Source: Balanoglossus misakiensis (lineage: Eukaryota; Animalia; Hemichordata). From it: a DNA stretch of 64,000 bases. The notes under the pieces are model-generated. The model was not told the origin of the DNA, ran no database searches, and worked only from the letters and a program-made list of their open reading frames with translations. Location of the stretch: contig CM082588.2 in assembly GCA_040954595.2 (NCBI GenBank), positions 7,796,844 through 7,860,843 of the forward strand, read 5' to 3'. This document shows positions 27,337 through 41,851 of this stretch, one piece after another; position 1 is the stretch's first letter; the number at the start of each line of letters is the position of its first letter. Position numbers and translations under genes: made by a program.

Positions 27337-30300
27337 AGGATTATAAATGCCACATTTGCATAAAATGCATTCTGCTATATAGGGGAAACTCCATGAAAAA
27401 TTGTAAACTTTAAATATTTTTTACATACACTTCCCTGGTAATGAAATATACCAGGTAACAGACTATACTATAGACATCAATGCTTGCACAGTTAGACAAA
27501 CTGACGAGGAATTTTCAACATATTGTATCCAGATGGAAATTTAATCAATTTACTAAGGACACACAAAGTGAACAAATAAACAAAATTTGATTTGTTCACT
27601 TTGTAACAGTACTAGAATCAAATATCTACCTCGAAGTGTTTTTCTTGATCCAAACTATGACAAATTCAAAAGGCTTATGAGTTCCACAGATTTACGGGTA
27701 TTATTGAATATTTGCAAGTATGTTTATAAAGCTATGGCTGTGAGAAGAACAGCCACTTATAGGATGAATAATATTGTTCAACTTTCTTTGTATTTGTGTA
27801 GTCAGCATTCACTTTGTATTTGTGTGATGGATCACTTTATTTGAGAACTGGATGTTCTCCTTGCATTTGGACCTGAGGTCTTGAAATGCAATAAATTACT
27901 ATTATTATTACTGGCTGTGAGAAGAGCAGCCACTTGCCACTCATAGAGTGTATAATATTGTTCAACTTTCGTTGTATTTGTGTAGTCAGCATTCACTTTG
28001 TATTTGTGTGATGTATTACTTTATTTGAGAACTGGATGTTCTCCTTGCATTTGGACCTGAGGTCTTGAAATGCAATAAATTACTATTATTATTACTGGCT
28101 GTGAGAAGAGCAGCCACTTGCCACTCATAGAGTGTATAATATTGTTCAACTTTCGTTGTATTTGTGTAGTCAGCATTCACTTTGTATTTGTGTGATGTAT
28201 TACTTTATTTGAGAACTGGATGTTCTCCTTGCATTTGGACCTGAGGTCTTCAAACGCAATAAATTACTATAATTATTACGAAGGACACAATTTGTATGTA
28301 AGGAAATATGCGAAGAGTAGCAGAATATTTTGCTTTATTTTTTTATTGAAATGTTTTGTCTTAATTTTTATAGGACCTGTAAATAAGACTTGTTCCAGTT
28401 GGTCATTCTGGAAATAAATAAAGTCTGAGGAGACACCATTTCTGAAAAATCCATTTGCTTTATTTGGTCTAAACTAGTTTTTCGGGGTTGACAAAGGAAA
28501 TACACTTGTATTGCAAAATGGTAGTTTTTTGGTGCACATTTAACTCAGAAACAGTTGACCTTATAAATCTTCATTTGATTCCCAACAAATTTTCTCAAAA
28601 AACAACAGAAAATTCTAGTTGTAGGTATTTGGATGTTTTCTCACGCCATCTCTTAAAAATTCTCAAAAAAGAGATACCATCGTAGAAAACTGTTAAAGGT
28701 ATACAGTCACCTCCAATTTAAATACGCCCATGTATGGCTAAAATGGCGTATTTGAGTGTTCTAAAGAACATATGGTGACGCTCTTTTTTTGTGTGTGGCA
28801 CCCACTGAAAATTTGTGATTGGCTAGATCTCAATTTGCCATGGTAACTGTACCTAACTGTATACCTTTAATTACTTGAGCTGCCACAAGATTGCCTCAGT
28901 GTTTTTGCTAAGGCCGGGAAACACTGGTAAATGAGTTGGGAACCCTGGTATTAAACACTTCTGCTAGCTACCGATATGACTGCATTGACATACAAAGGGG
29001 AACCCAGGTAAAATGACTGGGGAACCCTGGTAACATTTATCTGGCTACTGTCCGCTCGCTTTCTAAAACTTTTATGTTTACCCATGGAGATAAACTCGCT
29101 GTAAGCCTTATATTTAATATCAAACGCGAGTGGTTTGGACGTTAGGACAAGTTAATCGCATCATATTTGGAGTCGGTTAGGAGGCAGAAGTAGACAGGGA
29201 AAGGATTTTGCTTCGATAAAATCGAATTTCGGCCTAAAATGCTGCGGTCCGGATCCGGACCGCGGAAGCACCAGTTTTTTCTATGGCGCCTTGCAGAAGT
29301 TGCAGGGCTGTGGTGGAGGCCGTGTAACACACAGACCTGTACGCAGAGCTATACATAAGGCTGAAAGGGCTGATAATAATATTGTGGGGAATAGAAGGTT
29401 CCCGTGTTCCTAGCTACAAATGATTTGTTTGGGATTATTTTTCTATCGCGTAGGATTCTTAGAGAAAGCTTCTTAGTGATACGCTTCAATTGAAAGAATC
29501 TTACAGGACACTTGCATCAGATTCGGGGGTGGGGGGGGGGGGTATTACAGATATATTCTTCGACGGACTTTCACTGTAATTACATCAGTCCATTCACATG
29601 TGGAGTTCGTGACAACATACTTTTGATGTTGATACGGACCGAACCCAACCCATCAGTTTAGCCAAATTAATAAAGTCTTCTATGAGTAGCGACTAAATAT
29701 TAAAAGAGATAAAAAATGCAAACTTTGAAAAATAATATGCCAGTTTTTAGGTACAGTGTTTTTTTAAATCACAAATTAAAGCTCTGTACCTAAAATATAG
29801 CACCATTTGACCTACAGACTGAAACCTGACCACTTCTACCTCATAATCCCCCGTTTTGAAAGTAAAACATATTTCATATACTGAATAACTTTTATGATAA
29901 CATTTTGTCTTAAATGTAGGTGTATTTACATCAATACAAACTCAAAAATAAGGGTACTCCTACTACTAGTTTGAATTCTAATGACACAAGAGAACTACTG
30001 TATAAGAATGCCAATTAAATAATGTACTATCATTCTCGAAAACTTTTTTCACTCTCTCCGCATTCTTCATGATTTATTTTTTTTAAATTTTCTGAGATTC
30101 TCTTTACTACGTTTACAGCTAAAGTACAATGTATGAAGCCATGTTGAAATACCCAAAGGCTGTATGTTGTAATTTTTGATCTTATCAAATACAGCTAGTT
30201 GTCCTTCATTACAAATTAAAACAAAGGATCAGATAGTCCGTATGTAAATGAGGCAATCAACGCTCATCTATTTTCAGCCCCTGACGTCATCGGTGTTCCC

Positions 30301-30525
30301 CCCTGCATGCCCTGATGTGATTGGCTATTGATGACGTGTTCTCTGTGTTGCTAAATTTAGTGCTATAAACAAACACTCTGCAATCATGTGCAATATATTG
30401 AGGAATCGTAGTACGGACAGCTTATCACCGCAATAAGCATGTAGATTGTATTTGGTGCATTTCCCAGTTCAGCCGATATATTGATAAACATATGTAGAAG
30501 AAATTTACGGCCCGGGTAACGATGA

Positions 30526-32791
30526 CAACTGCCGCTAGACGAACGAGCCAACACCGGAAGACGCATCGACGGAGTTTTAACGGGTTCCACCCGACCCGTC
30601 CGCCGAAGAAGCAGACGTGTCGTCGATGCCTTCTTCGCCGATGAACGAAACGCGACTCGCAGGAAGTTATCACACGCAAGACAACATTCGCCTCCACCAC
30701 TAAACCTCTACTTTGGCGACAACTTTGCCGTCAAGCTTCACGACTTGTTCAAATTTGAGAAAGACGTCATGAACAACAGTGAAGGTGGTTTGATACGCTG
30801 TGAGTTTGAAGCGAGGCGTGGATTTGATGAGATGAAGCTATCGGAGCAAGCGGAGAGAATTTACACCAGTCCAAACGCCGGTGGAAATTCAGTTGAGTCC
30901 GAAGTACTGAGGTAATATTTTTACATGCCATGGAAAAGTGAAAGAAATCCACAAAAACAAAATTCTAAGCAGTATGTTGAGATTCCGCTGTGAATTGCCA
31001 GTCGAAATAAATAATTACAGCTATTTTCATTTTTTTTGTCTGAAAATCTGCGTTTATTCGTTTTTTTACCCCCAAAACTTACGAATGGAGACCACAATGA
31101 ACTGAGTTCGATTGGATCGTGCAGCAACTAAATGTAAAGAAAACGGCTTGTTTTAAATGTTTCTAAAAACGACCGTTTTGAGGGCTAAAAGTGGTCAAAA
31201 TGGCAATTTTGTCTTGAGTGGAGTCAGTAAGACTTTTTTTTCGAATCAACACCAGTTTCAACTTTATTATAGAACGGACTTAAGCTTCCCAAACCTTTTA
31301 TACAAAATTATGTTTAATCTATTTATATTTAATCTAACCTGATTTATCTATTTCTAAGAAATGTATGCTTTCCAAAAGTAACAAACTTGTTAGTATCACT
31401 GTTTGTATCTATAATAGTAAAATTATATTCCCCGTTTTACCTCCGACAGTTTTGAACTGCTGAAGCGCTGTTTTAGAGCAAGATTGTTGAAGACGGAGAT
31501 GGAAGTCAATTATTTCCCATACGGCGGATCCATCACCGACTACACCTGCCATATGTTTGACACCAAATTGGGCGTGTCGGTCACCAGGGCGATGAAGTTC
31601 AAAGGTCAATACGAAACGGAGGGGGCAGAGAAACTACTGAGAAAGAAATTACAGGGTGAGAAACAAGAATTATTCAGATAGTAAGAAATGGTATGGAGTT
31701 TTTCTTTTAAAAAAAAAACAAGCAAATATTTTACTTAATACTAATCTAATTCTTCTCGTATCATTTTTAGGTATTACCATGGCAACGAGAAATTCCTTAG
31801 AAGGCTGGTCCAAGCAAATATTACACGTGTGGGCTGCGTCCGCTCACATTGCGAACACTGTAGCGGACGTTTACTACAGACTGTCGAGGGATATTTATAT
31901 ATAATTCCCCCGTATTTCGAACGAGTGTGCCTGCGTCGCGGACGAGTGATTCCCCGTATAGCGGCCGTATCCCTCCGAGCCGCAGGCGAGGAGGGATACA
32001 GCTATACGGGGAATCACGAGTTCGCGACGCAGGTACACGAGTGAGGAATACGGGGGAATTATATGTTTATCACATACATAGATCCGCTAATTTTGATTTT
32101 CAAATAAATCTCTTTGTGGTTGCGATAAAATTTGGAACTATTTTGTGCAAAATTGTTATGCGGTCTATCTGTCAGGTGACTGAGGTCACGACCTGGACGA
32201 TTCTGGTTTTGGCGAGGACCCGTCTGTCGTGCGTCAGCTGGATTTCATCGTCCGTCAAGGTTTCACTGGAGCAGGAAACCTTTCTTATGCCCTTTGCTTT
32301 ATGACTAGACCGTTTTGCTCTAATCGTCGCATCAAAATTTTTGCGAATACTCAGTTTTGTACCTGTCGCTCGTTCGACAACGCGACGACTTTGGCTCAGC
32401 ACTGACGACCTCGCGACAGTTTTGGTGCCGGTTGGTGCGATAAAAATGTACACAGGTAAAACTAATCGTCGATCGTCCATATTTACACATACGAAACATT
32501 TTATTTATCTTTGCTTATTTTTTAATATCGAAATAAAACCAACAATTGCACTGAATTTTGTCGCCCTAAGAGGACTTTGTTTACAAGTATAAAATAGTTC
32601 CGTTTGGTGACGTCAGAGGGATGGGTATTACAATAACGCTTGGTGCAAATTTACCTACGTCTGACGTCATACTATGGTATATGCGGAGCTATGTATGTGA
32701 TAAAACCTCAAACACGGTAGTTTTAATCACAACAGCCAGCAGACGATCTAGTATATTCAGCAACTCGACAAACACCCGGGGAAGAGCCTAA
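30526..32791 (+). pseudogene. Second AAC4-like copy; exon 3 disrupted by a ~0.8-kb insertion
   Basis: Exons end 30911, 31450-31655, start 31771. Homology breaks at about 31894 and resumes at about 32703, through to the stop at 32791. Confidence 0.72.
31894..32704. mobile_element. Non-autonomous DNA element with ~165-bp foldback end (superfamily uncertain)
   Basis: Absent in the 12.4-kb paralogue. Imperfect palindrome 31899-32063; tttatcacatacatag (32066) is inverted at the far end (32689-32704). Confidence 0.75.
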
Positions 32792-33282
32792 TTCTTAAAA
32801 CCCGGCGACGGTTGATTACAAAGGCGATTTCAAACGGTTGCAAATAACAAGAAAGACTTTTAATCAGACTTATAATCGCACAGTTGATAATGTTATTATA
32901 AAATATAATAGTTATATTATATCTGTACACGTACGTAAGGACGAAATTGTTTTCTGAAGACATGAATTTCAAAGACATGCTTTTGTTTTATTATATTAAA
33001 TAGTATAAAACGTGGTATTATGAATCTATATTTCTAAGATCTTTTTCTACTTCTTTCATTCATTCGCTTATTTACGGGATGTTTAGTGCGACTGAGATGT
33101 GAAAACAATGTGGCTTTGTGTTTACGTCCAATGATGTGCATCGCGAACACTGAGCAGAGAGAGATGGAGAGATAGCGAGAGAGAGAGAGAGAGATAGCGA
33201 GAGAGAGAGTTTTTTGAGAAAAGGCTGCAAAATAACGTTTTCCACATGGATATATAGAGGAACGCCCTATTAGCATTTTGAC

Positions 33283-33519
33283 TAGACTTGCTCCAAGTCT
33301 ATGGGCTTCATTATGTGTAGGGAACGCGAAGGCCCATACACTACCCGAAACCACAAGCTCAGTCCCAAATTCGAAACTCACCTCACTATCAAAAACACGC
33401 TCAAGGCAAGCATGCACGCAAAAAGTATTGAAATTATTTATTAAGAAAAAAACAACAACATCGAAAACACATTAAGTGCTGAGATTTAAAAATCACCAAG
33501 CGACTAGTGGGCTAATCTA
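33283..33519. mobile_element. Duplicate of the 9-bp-TSD MITE
   Basis: Same TSD and near-identical termini as 13095-13277. Confidence 0.72.
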
Positions 33520-34069
33520 CATTTTGACCTATCTGAAGTCAAATGCATGAATATATTCAGGCGAAAACGAGGTTGAGGGGATTCCCCTTTGATTACGGAC
33601 AACCATATATTTATTTTTGTTTATATGTACGTGCATACTAGTATTTTGCGCCAATGTCAGTGGCCTTCACATTTGAAATCGTAGCCCCCAAATATCGATT
33701 TGTTGGACTTTTCTTCCCATATGATGTAAAGTTACGAGAAACTTCATCAGATTGTATCATTCTAACCCCTTAACTTTAGCACTCAAAAAATATCAAGTGA
33801 GTTTCACATATACATATACATGGAACTGTAAGGCCAGTCAAAATAGAAATGGCGACTGTTTTCACAAGCCTCTGTTAGTTGCGGTTCAGACTGCGTATTT
33901 GCGATTTGCACACAGAGTTGGAATTTGCGCCTGGTTTTTAGCAAATGTGAACATTTTAGTGTATCACCAACACTGTTCGAGTTAATCTTGGAAGTGGAGA
34001 TCTTCATATATCTGCGCCCAAGTGCTTCCAGAACTGGAGTCAAGTTGTGTTTTGTGATATCGTACAAAG

Positions 34070-35912
34070 ATGGCGACCGGTGGTGCATTTTTAACTACAG
34101 CCGAGAAGGTGAATCACGCTAGACTTTGTCGACTACTTATCGATGGCGGATCTAAAGCGGTGAGATGTGTATTTGACAGCAAGATTCCACCTAATGTGCT
34201 TGCAAACACCCTTAACAAGCATAAGGCATCGTTAGTGAGACTACGAATGTCGTATAAAGGACCTAATCCGGGTCAAAAGGTTATCAGTGATGGTCAGTGG
34301 GATATGTTATACCCAACCCAACCCAACCTTGTCAAGTCTGAACTTTTCGACATTACATTGCTCACAGTTTTACTACGGAATATCTGTGGCCTTCGACATC
34401 CAAGAGATAGAGTATGGACACATCCCTCCCCTGGTGATCTCCGTGTTGAAGCTGATGTGGCCCGAATAAGAGAGTTCAGGAATAGACTTCAACACATGAC
34501 GGGCACAGCTGTCCCTGAGAGCGAATTTCAATCTTTCTGGGATGACATTAGTAAAGTATTGGTACGTCTTGGCGCTAAGCAGGGAGATATCGATCAGTTG
34601 AAGACTGCGAGTATGGACCTTGCCGAGACAGACAAATACGAACAAACTTTAAAGCACTGGGAAGAATCCGACATGGTACTGGAAAGGTTTCTACAACGTA
34701 TGGAAGAGAAAGTTGATCAGATATCAGAGACACAGACTGGCCATAGCAGTATTTTGGCTGATATCGAACAGAACCAACGGGAGAACCAACAAGAAACGAC
34801 TCAACATCTTGGTCAGATATCAGAGACACAGAGTGACCATAGCAGTACTTTGGCTGATATCGAACAGAACCAACAAGAAACGACTCAACATCTTGGTCAG
34901 ATATCAGAGAGACAGAGTGACCATAGCAGTACTTTGGCTGATATCGAACAGAACCAACGGGAGAACCAACAAGAAACGACTCAACATCTTGGTCAGATAT
35001 CAGAGACACAGAGTGGCCATAGCAGTACTTTGACTGATATCGAACAGAACCAACGGGAGAACCAACAAGAAACAACTCACCATCTTGGTCAGATATCAGA
35101 GACACAGAGTGACCATAGCAGTACTTTGACTGATATCGAACAGAACCAACGGGAGAACCAACAAGAAACGACTCAACATCTTGGTCAGATATCAGAGACA
35201 CAGAGTGGCCATAGCAGTATTTTGGCTGATATCGAACAGAACCAACGGGAGAACCAACAAGAAACAACTCACCATCTTGGTCAGATATCAGAGACACAGA
35301 GTGGCCATAGCAGTATTTTGGCTGATATCGAACAGAACCAACGGGAGAACCAACAAGAAACGACTCAACATCTTGGTCAGATATCAGAGACACAGAGTGA
35401 CCATAGCAGTACTTTGGCTGATATCGAACAGAACCAACAAGAAACGACTCAACATCTTGGTCAGATATCAGAGAGACAGAGTGACCATAGCAGTACTTTG
35501 GCTGATATCGAACAGAACCAACGGGAGAACCAACAAGAAACGACTCAACATCTTGGTCAGATATCAGAGACACAGAGTGACCATAGCAGTACTTTGGCTG
35601 ATATCGAACAGAACCAACAAGAAACGACTCAACATCTTGGTCAGATATCAGAGAGACAGAGTGACCATAGCAGTACTTTGGCTGATATCGAACAGAACCA
35701 ACGGGAGAACCAACAAGAAACGACTCAACATCTTGGTCAGATATCAGAGACACAGAGTGGCCATAGCAGTACTTTGGCTGATATCAAACAGAACCAACGG
35801 GAGAACCAACAAGAAACGACTCAACATCTTGGTCAGATATCAGAGACACTGGTTGACATCAAAGAAGGCCTCAAGACTTCACATACCAGTGAGTCAAGAA
35901 CATGTGTTCCAG
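34070..35912 (+). CDS. NLR-like copy 4, exon 1: HEPN + 12 repeat units
   Basis: Paralogous ORF; donor at 35913, phase 1. Confidence 0.8.
34715..35830 (+). repeat. Coding minisatellite, 12 units of 84/96 bp
   Basis: Same unit; 3 short and 9 long. Confidence 0.93.
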
Positions 35913-36629
35913 GTAATAATTAAGATTGACAAGTTGAATCTATTTCTATGGTTGAAATCTACAATCTTGTAGGTTTTTTTTAGAATTTGTATAATTTTTA
36001 GTCAAACTTAATTTTTCCTTCATGGTCTCATAAATTCCATGTGCAGATAAGAAATCATATTCCAACTTGGTCAGATGACCCTGAGGGCCAATCTGGGTTA
36101 GCTTATTTCACATCTCAAGTCTTACCTCATAATCATACATTGCATAGACCGTCATAAGCAAGTTTTTTTGCAATATATGAGAATGGGAATAATCAGGAAA
36201 TCAAGATAATTACAATCCCACTTTTCTAGGGAGTCCAAAATCATGTTAGGTGGTGACATGTTGGGTTTTTGCTGCCAGTTATCTTAAAGGGACAAAGACT
36301 CTCTCTCACTTCCCCTTTTCCATTAATAAATGTTTGATACATGACACGTACTGTTTATGTTATTCTACATGTGGATATATATAGTGAATCAACGTTCAAC
36401 CACACACAACTTCCATCCCACTTGTATGATATGAGAGCAACAAATCTCGCCAAAATGAATATGGTCGAATGTTGATTCACTATATAATTAATGGAAAAAG
36501 GGCAGCGAGAAAGAGACTTTAATGTCCCTTTAATGGCGACTTCATGGTTGCTTAGTTTGAAAAAAAAGATTCTGTTGTACACCACCATTAAAAATAACTT
36601 TTTCTATAAATTCTCTCCTTTATCTCAAG

Positions 36630-36761
36630 ATGCTTACTGTGCTTGGTGCAACTGTAAGAGTGATAATCTCAAGAAGTTTATACGCTGTTGTGCAGTGATG
36701 TATTGTGGGAAAGACTGTCAGAAACAACACTGGATGAAAGGTCACAGAGAAGAATGCAAAG
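36630..36761 (+). CDS. NLR-like copy 4, exon 2: zf-MYND
   Basis: AG/GT conserved, 132 bp, MYND Cys/His pattern. Confidence 0.72.
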
Positions 36762-37393
36762 GTACAATTGATCATTTTCTGAACTCCACGTGACCCCACG
36801 AGATTTCACGTAGCTAAGCAATTTATATGGGAGGACATTCCCCTGGCACAGGGCAAACAATTAACACATGTCCCACCATATTCAATGGCACAAACAATTT
36901 CCTTTTTTGTTAAACTCTGCACCTATTCTAATTTCTTAACTACCAACCTGTTGCTATAGTAATTAACCAAGTCTCAGGAGATTTCTAAATGAGCAGGAAA
37001 TCATCATTGTTAAAGTCTGAACCTATATTCTAGTTACATACCAAGCTAGATAGCATGAAAATATTCACAAACACCTTTTAGTTCATGTTAGAACTTATAA
37101 ATAAGATACTGAAAATTTCCATGTTTCACACATAATGTTTGTATTCTCATGTGCAGAGCTGTCACTGTCAAAAAGCTGGGGTTAATCACGATATGACCCT
37201 AGCTGCCTATGTGGAACACAATATGTGGTTCATATACTACAGTAGTTATGGGTCATAATACTTCTAGTATACCATATGTAACCCCTGACTATATTATACC
37301 TAGTACAATGATGTTTTACAGCTTGTGAAAATAAACAGCAACTATCTGCAATACAAAAGTCATACTATCAATATTATAATTGTTTTTCTACAG

Positions 37394-40300
37394 ATACTTC
37401 TGCAGGGTTTGAGTGGCTTAAAGACTATCTCAAAGAATTGTACAGCCATGACTTTGACAAGTTCCAACCTCTGCCATGGAATGAAAACTTCTCACTCCAT
37501 TTATCTGATGTCTATACCCGACTGAAGATGGTAGAGGTTGATGAAAGGGGTAAGATCATTGAGAACAATGAAGAAAATGACACTGTAGTTCATGAGAGTG
37601 CAATATTTGAAGAGATCATTGAGGACAATGAAGAAAATGACACTGTAGTTCATGAGCATGCAATATTTGAAGCAGATAGAAAAGGAGTGAGACCACGTAG
37701 AATTAAAGCTGCAAGCAGCATTGTCCGGGCCCAAGCTCTATTATCTGATCTGATGCTGATATAGTGTTAAGTAGATCAAAGGTCACCCGAGGTCACCCAA
37801 CATTTAGGCAAAATATTTTGACCCCATACTGGTCCATGTATAACAAAAACAAAACCTCTAGGTCTACTGGTTCATCATTAATTAGGTATGTGCATATTTA
37901 ATGAGGTCAGCAGGGGTCAAAGGGGTCACAAAAAGTAGCAAAATATTTTGATCACACACTAATCCACATACATCAAAAACCAAACTTATAGCCCTATTGG
38001 TTAGCCTGGAATTAGATATGCAGAAAAATGATGTGTCAAAAGTAGGTCAAAGGTCATTGCCAAAATTACCAAAATATTTATAGCATATTCTTGTCATATG
38101 ATGATTCATATCCATAAAAAGAATTTCTGTGCTATCAATTTTTAGGCTAGAAAGGGAATTTTTACTTTTTAATCGTTTTTCACAAAATCCAATATGGCCG
38201 CCATAATCTTCGACCAATCACATTCCTCTTCGCAAACTTGATAGACATCTGTTTAATGACCACACACACCAAATCTTGTGACTCGGTTATCGCCGGTTCT
38301 TGAGAAGAAGATTTTTGAAATTTTACTAAGGTTTTACGAAAATCCAATATGGCCGCCATAATCTTCGACCAATCACAAAGATCTTCGCAAACTTGATAGA
38401 CATCAGATAGGTGACTACATACCCCAAACCCCGTGTCTCGGTTATCACCAGTTCTAGAGAAGAAGATTTTTGAAATTTAAGCCGGATTTCAGAAAAAAAA
38501 TTGTAGCAAAAAAACTGCAACATTGACAGCAAAATATCCAATTACAAAAATGATGGGTAGAAGGTAGACTACCTGCACACCAAATTTGAAGTCGATCTGA
38601 CTTGTAGTTTCTGAGATCTAAGATTTGCATTTTTTCAGAAAATCCAATATGGCCGCCAGGTCACGTGACCAATTAAAAATTCAAGGGTTCAATGCACATC
38701 TACTCATTGACCTTGACCACTGTAGCAAGTTTCAGAAGTGTACCTGCAGCGGTGTCTGAGATCTAGAGCGACAAAGAATTGACACAAGAAAAAAGAAAGA
38801 AAGAAAGAAAGAAAGACAGAAAAACCCCAACGAAACCAATAGGGCCCAAGCGCTGGCTTGCGCTTGGGCCCTAATAAGAATTGAAGGACCTCCAGCTATT
38901 GGCAAGTCAATGTTTTCTAGAAAGCTGGCCTACAACTGGGCTTGTGGAAAATTAGAACAATTTAAATTAGTCTTTCTGTTGGAAATGAGATATATGAGTA
39001 AAGAATCAATCATAGAAACCATATTTGATCAATTACTTCCTGATGATGCAGAAATTTCCAGAGATGATCTTGACAAAGTTCTGAAAAGGAATGCAGATTC
39101 TGTGCTGTTCCTCTGTGATGGTTTGGATGAAATGTGTAAGGATTTCAAGGAAAGTTCCAATATAAGTCGGATTATTGCAAAGAAATTATTGCCAAGATGT
39201 ACAGTAGCTATCACAACCAGGCCCCATGAATGTGACACACAGCTGAAAAACTGTGATTCACATTATCACATACAGGGTTTCACAGAGAGTGATTGTAGGG
39301 AATATATCATGAAGTACTTCAAGCATGAGTCTGAGACTGGTGAGAATTTGATCACAAATTTACAACAAAACCTCGAGTTTGAATGGTTGGATGATTTCCT
39401 TAGTAATCCCTTACATGTTTCATTTCTTTGTGTACTGTGGGAGGATCATCAAGATGGTGACCATTTCCCAACTAGAGTGACAGAGTTGTATTTTGAAGTA
39501 TTGCAGTGTATTTTGAAGAGGTATTGTTCCAAGACTGGAGTCAGTCTTGATGAACAAGGAGAAGTACCCGTTGATATCATGGCTGATGTAAATAAACTGG
39601 CTGTCATTGCTTATAATTATCTGAAACAGGGCAAAATACTCATAAATGAGGTAGATCTGATGCCAACATGGCTCTTGTCACTAGGGTTACTTGTGCGTGA
39701 TTGCGGTGTATCTCGCACAAAACCAAAGAAAGTTTGTTTCTTCTGTCACCAAACTTGGCTGGAATATTTTGCTGCTTTACATATTGCTGAATGTGTGAAG
39801 GATACTGCTTCCTTTGATGAGTTTCAATTTCTATCTGTCGACATTCACCGCAATTTCCAAGTCTTGGTATTTCTGACTGGCACTCTGAAGGAGAAAGCTG
39901 GTCCAGTATTTAAGGAAGTTGGGATGGAGACGTGCAAGTCTGCAGATGATGTTGGCTTTAACAGCTATATAGCTTTCTTACATGAAAGTGTCAATTATCA
40001 AGTATATTTGAAATTCATAGAACCCATCCTTTATCAATTTAAGTGTATCATTTTTGAATCCTTTTTGTATTTTGCAGCAAGACCTTCTATGGGTGTCAAT
40101 TCTTTGTCTTCACCATCACCATATTTTCTAAGTGTCGATGTGAATTTTTGTACATTGTATTATAAAGATAGTTACTTGATGATAATCCTTGATATACTGA
40201 AGTATAAACACTCACATGAAAGTAGACCTAAATTTGATAACGATCTCCAGTTAGATATCAACAAAATGCAATCATCACAGATTTCCTATTTGGCAGAGGC

Positions 40301-41438
40301 ACTGGAGAAGAATCTCATTTCTCTTGAATGGCTTGTGTTGATTGTGACTTCATCCAGTGTCAAGAATCTGCTTCAGTTGGCAAAAGCTATCAGAGAAACC
40401 AAAGCGGTACAAAACATTCATATCATTGTATTTGATATGGATAATGTTGTTGACAGCACTCCCAATGAAAAATGTAAGCAAGGCACCTCAAATAAAGAAA
40501 CAGATTTGACATCACACACTTTAAGAGACCTTATAGAAAATGCTGTGAAAAATAAGCATATTGATTGTTTGTCATTGCATACAATACACTGGTCTGACCA
40601 TCAATGGGAGAATATTGATAACATTGTTACATATAAGTCATTGAAACAGGCCAGGCACTTTTGTAATATTGTGGAAACCAGAACGGCAGCTTTAAATAGC
40701 GTATTATTGAAAGTTGCTGATATGCTTGAACACTGTCAATCTACCAAGGTTTGTCATGCGGTACATGTACTTGTTGATAGTGTCAGATATTCTGCCATTG
40801 AGGGCAGTACTGCAAGAGCTTTGTTAAAAGCTGTTAAAAACATCAGCAAAACAATTAAATCTCTTAGTTTGTTTGTCACATCAGAATTTGTAAATAGACG
40901 TTATATATCTGATGTTGTGAATAATATTATACACATTTTGATGTCTAACACCACATTAGAGGATCTTAAGTTACTTCTAGAGATTGAAAATGTTGATGCT
41001 GTATCGAAGTTTATTCAATGTAATAAGAATGTCAAGTCACTGTCCTTTGCTCTGTATCAGTCCAGAATGAGCACAGACTATTTATGTTCAGCTCTCTGTG
41101 CTGCTTTGAGTTCCAATACAACTCTGGAAAGCTTTATGCTGGAGTTTTGTTATGAGTTTGATATAGTTCATAGAAACCCTGAACTTTCCACTGAGCATAA
41201 GTTTATAAGTCAATTGATTTTACCAACACATAGGTTATTGTGTGACGGAAAAACTGCATTGAAGACAATTTCATTAACTTTTCAATCATTTAGTCAAGAA
41301 CGCAGGGATGATATTGTCAATGTCATGACCGAGTATTTTAAAGGAAATGTTTCAGGGTCATACCAATACACTGTGAAGAGGTCGATCATGTATAACATGT
41401 ATTTTCACGTTCTGAAAGTATCGATCAGTGGACCCTAG
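37394..41438 (+). pseudogene. NLR-like copy 4, exon 3: NACHT + LRR interrupted by a ~1.17-kb insertion just before Walker A
   Basis: Homology stops at 37703 (RPRRI) and resumes at about 38876 (RIEGPPAIGKS); the remainder is open to 41438. Confidence 0.82.
37704..38873 (-). mobile_element. Non-autonomous Helentron-like (HINE-type) element
   Basis: Absent in paralogues. Subterminal inverted repeats gggcccaagc (37727) / gcttgggccc (38862), palindrome 38841-38872, adjacent (GAAA)n, hairpin gctgc-aa-gcagc at 37708, internal aaaatccaatatggccgcc repeats. Confidence 0.75.
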
Positions 41439-41851
41439 AGAATGCTGAATGCTACATTTGCATAAGATGCATTCTCCTATATAGGGGAAACTCCATGAAA
41501 AATTGTAAACTTTAAATATTTTTTTACATACACTTAATTTAAGGTACAGATATAAATACTGGTATACCAGGTAACAGACTATACTATAGACATCAATGCT
41601 TGCACAGTTAGACAAACTGTCAAGGGATTTTCAACATATTGTATCTAGATGGAAACATAATCAATTTACTAAGGACACACAAAGTGAAAAAATAAACAAA
41701 ATTTGATTTGTTCACTTTATAACAGTACTAGAATCAAATATCTACAATAAAGTGCTTTCCTTGACCGGAACTATGACAATTTCAATAGGCTTATGAGTTC
41801 CACAGATTTACGGGTATTATTGAATATTTGCAAGTATGTTTATAAAGCTAT

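Noticed and set aside
29243-29263. Palindrome gcggtccggatccggaccgc (also near 54866)
   Set aside because: Lies in a duplicated, probably TE-derived fragment; no evidence for ncRNA or function.
34575-35972. Long alternative-frame and antisense ORFs over the repeat (MSLISDQDV.., MVRYQRHR..)
   Set aside because: By-products of a stop-poor repeat with unit lengths divisible by 3.
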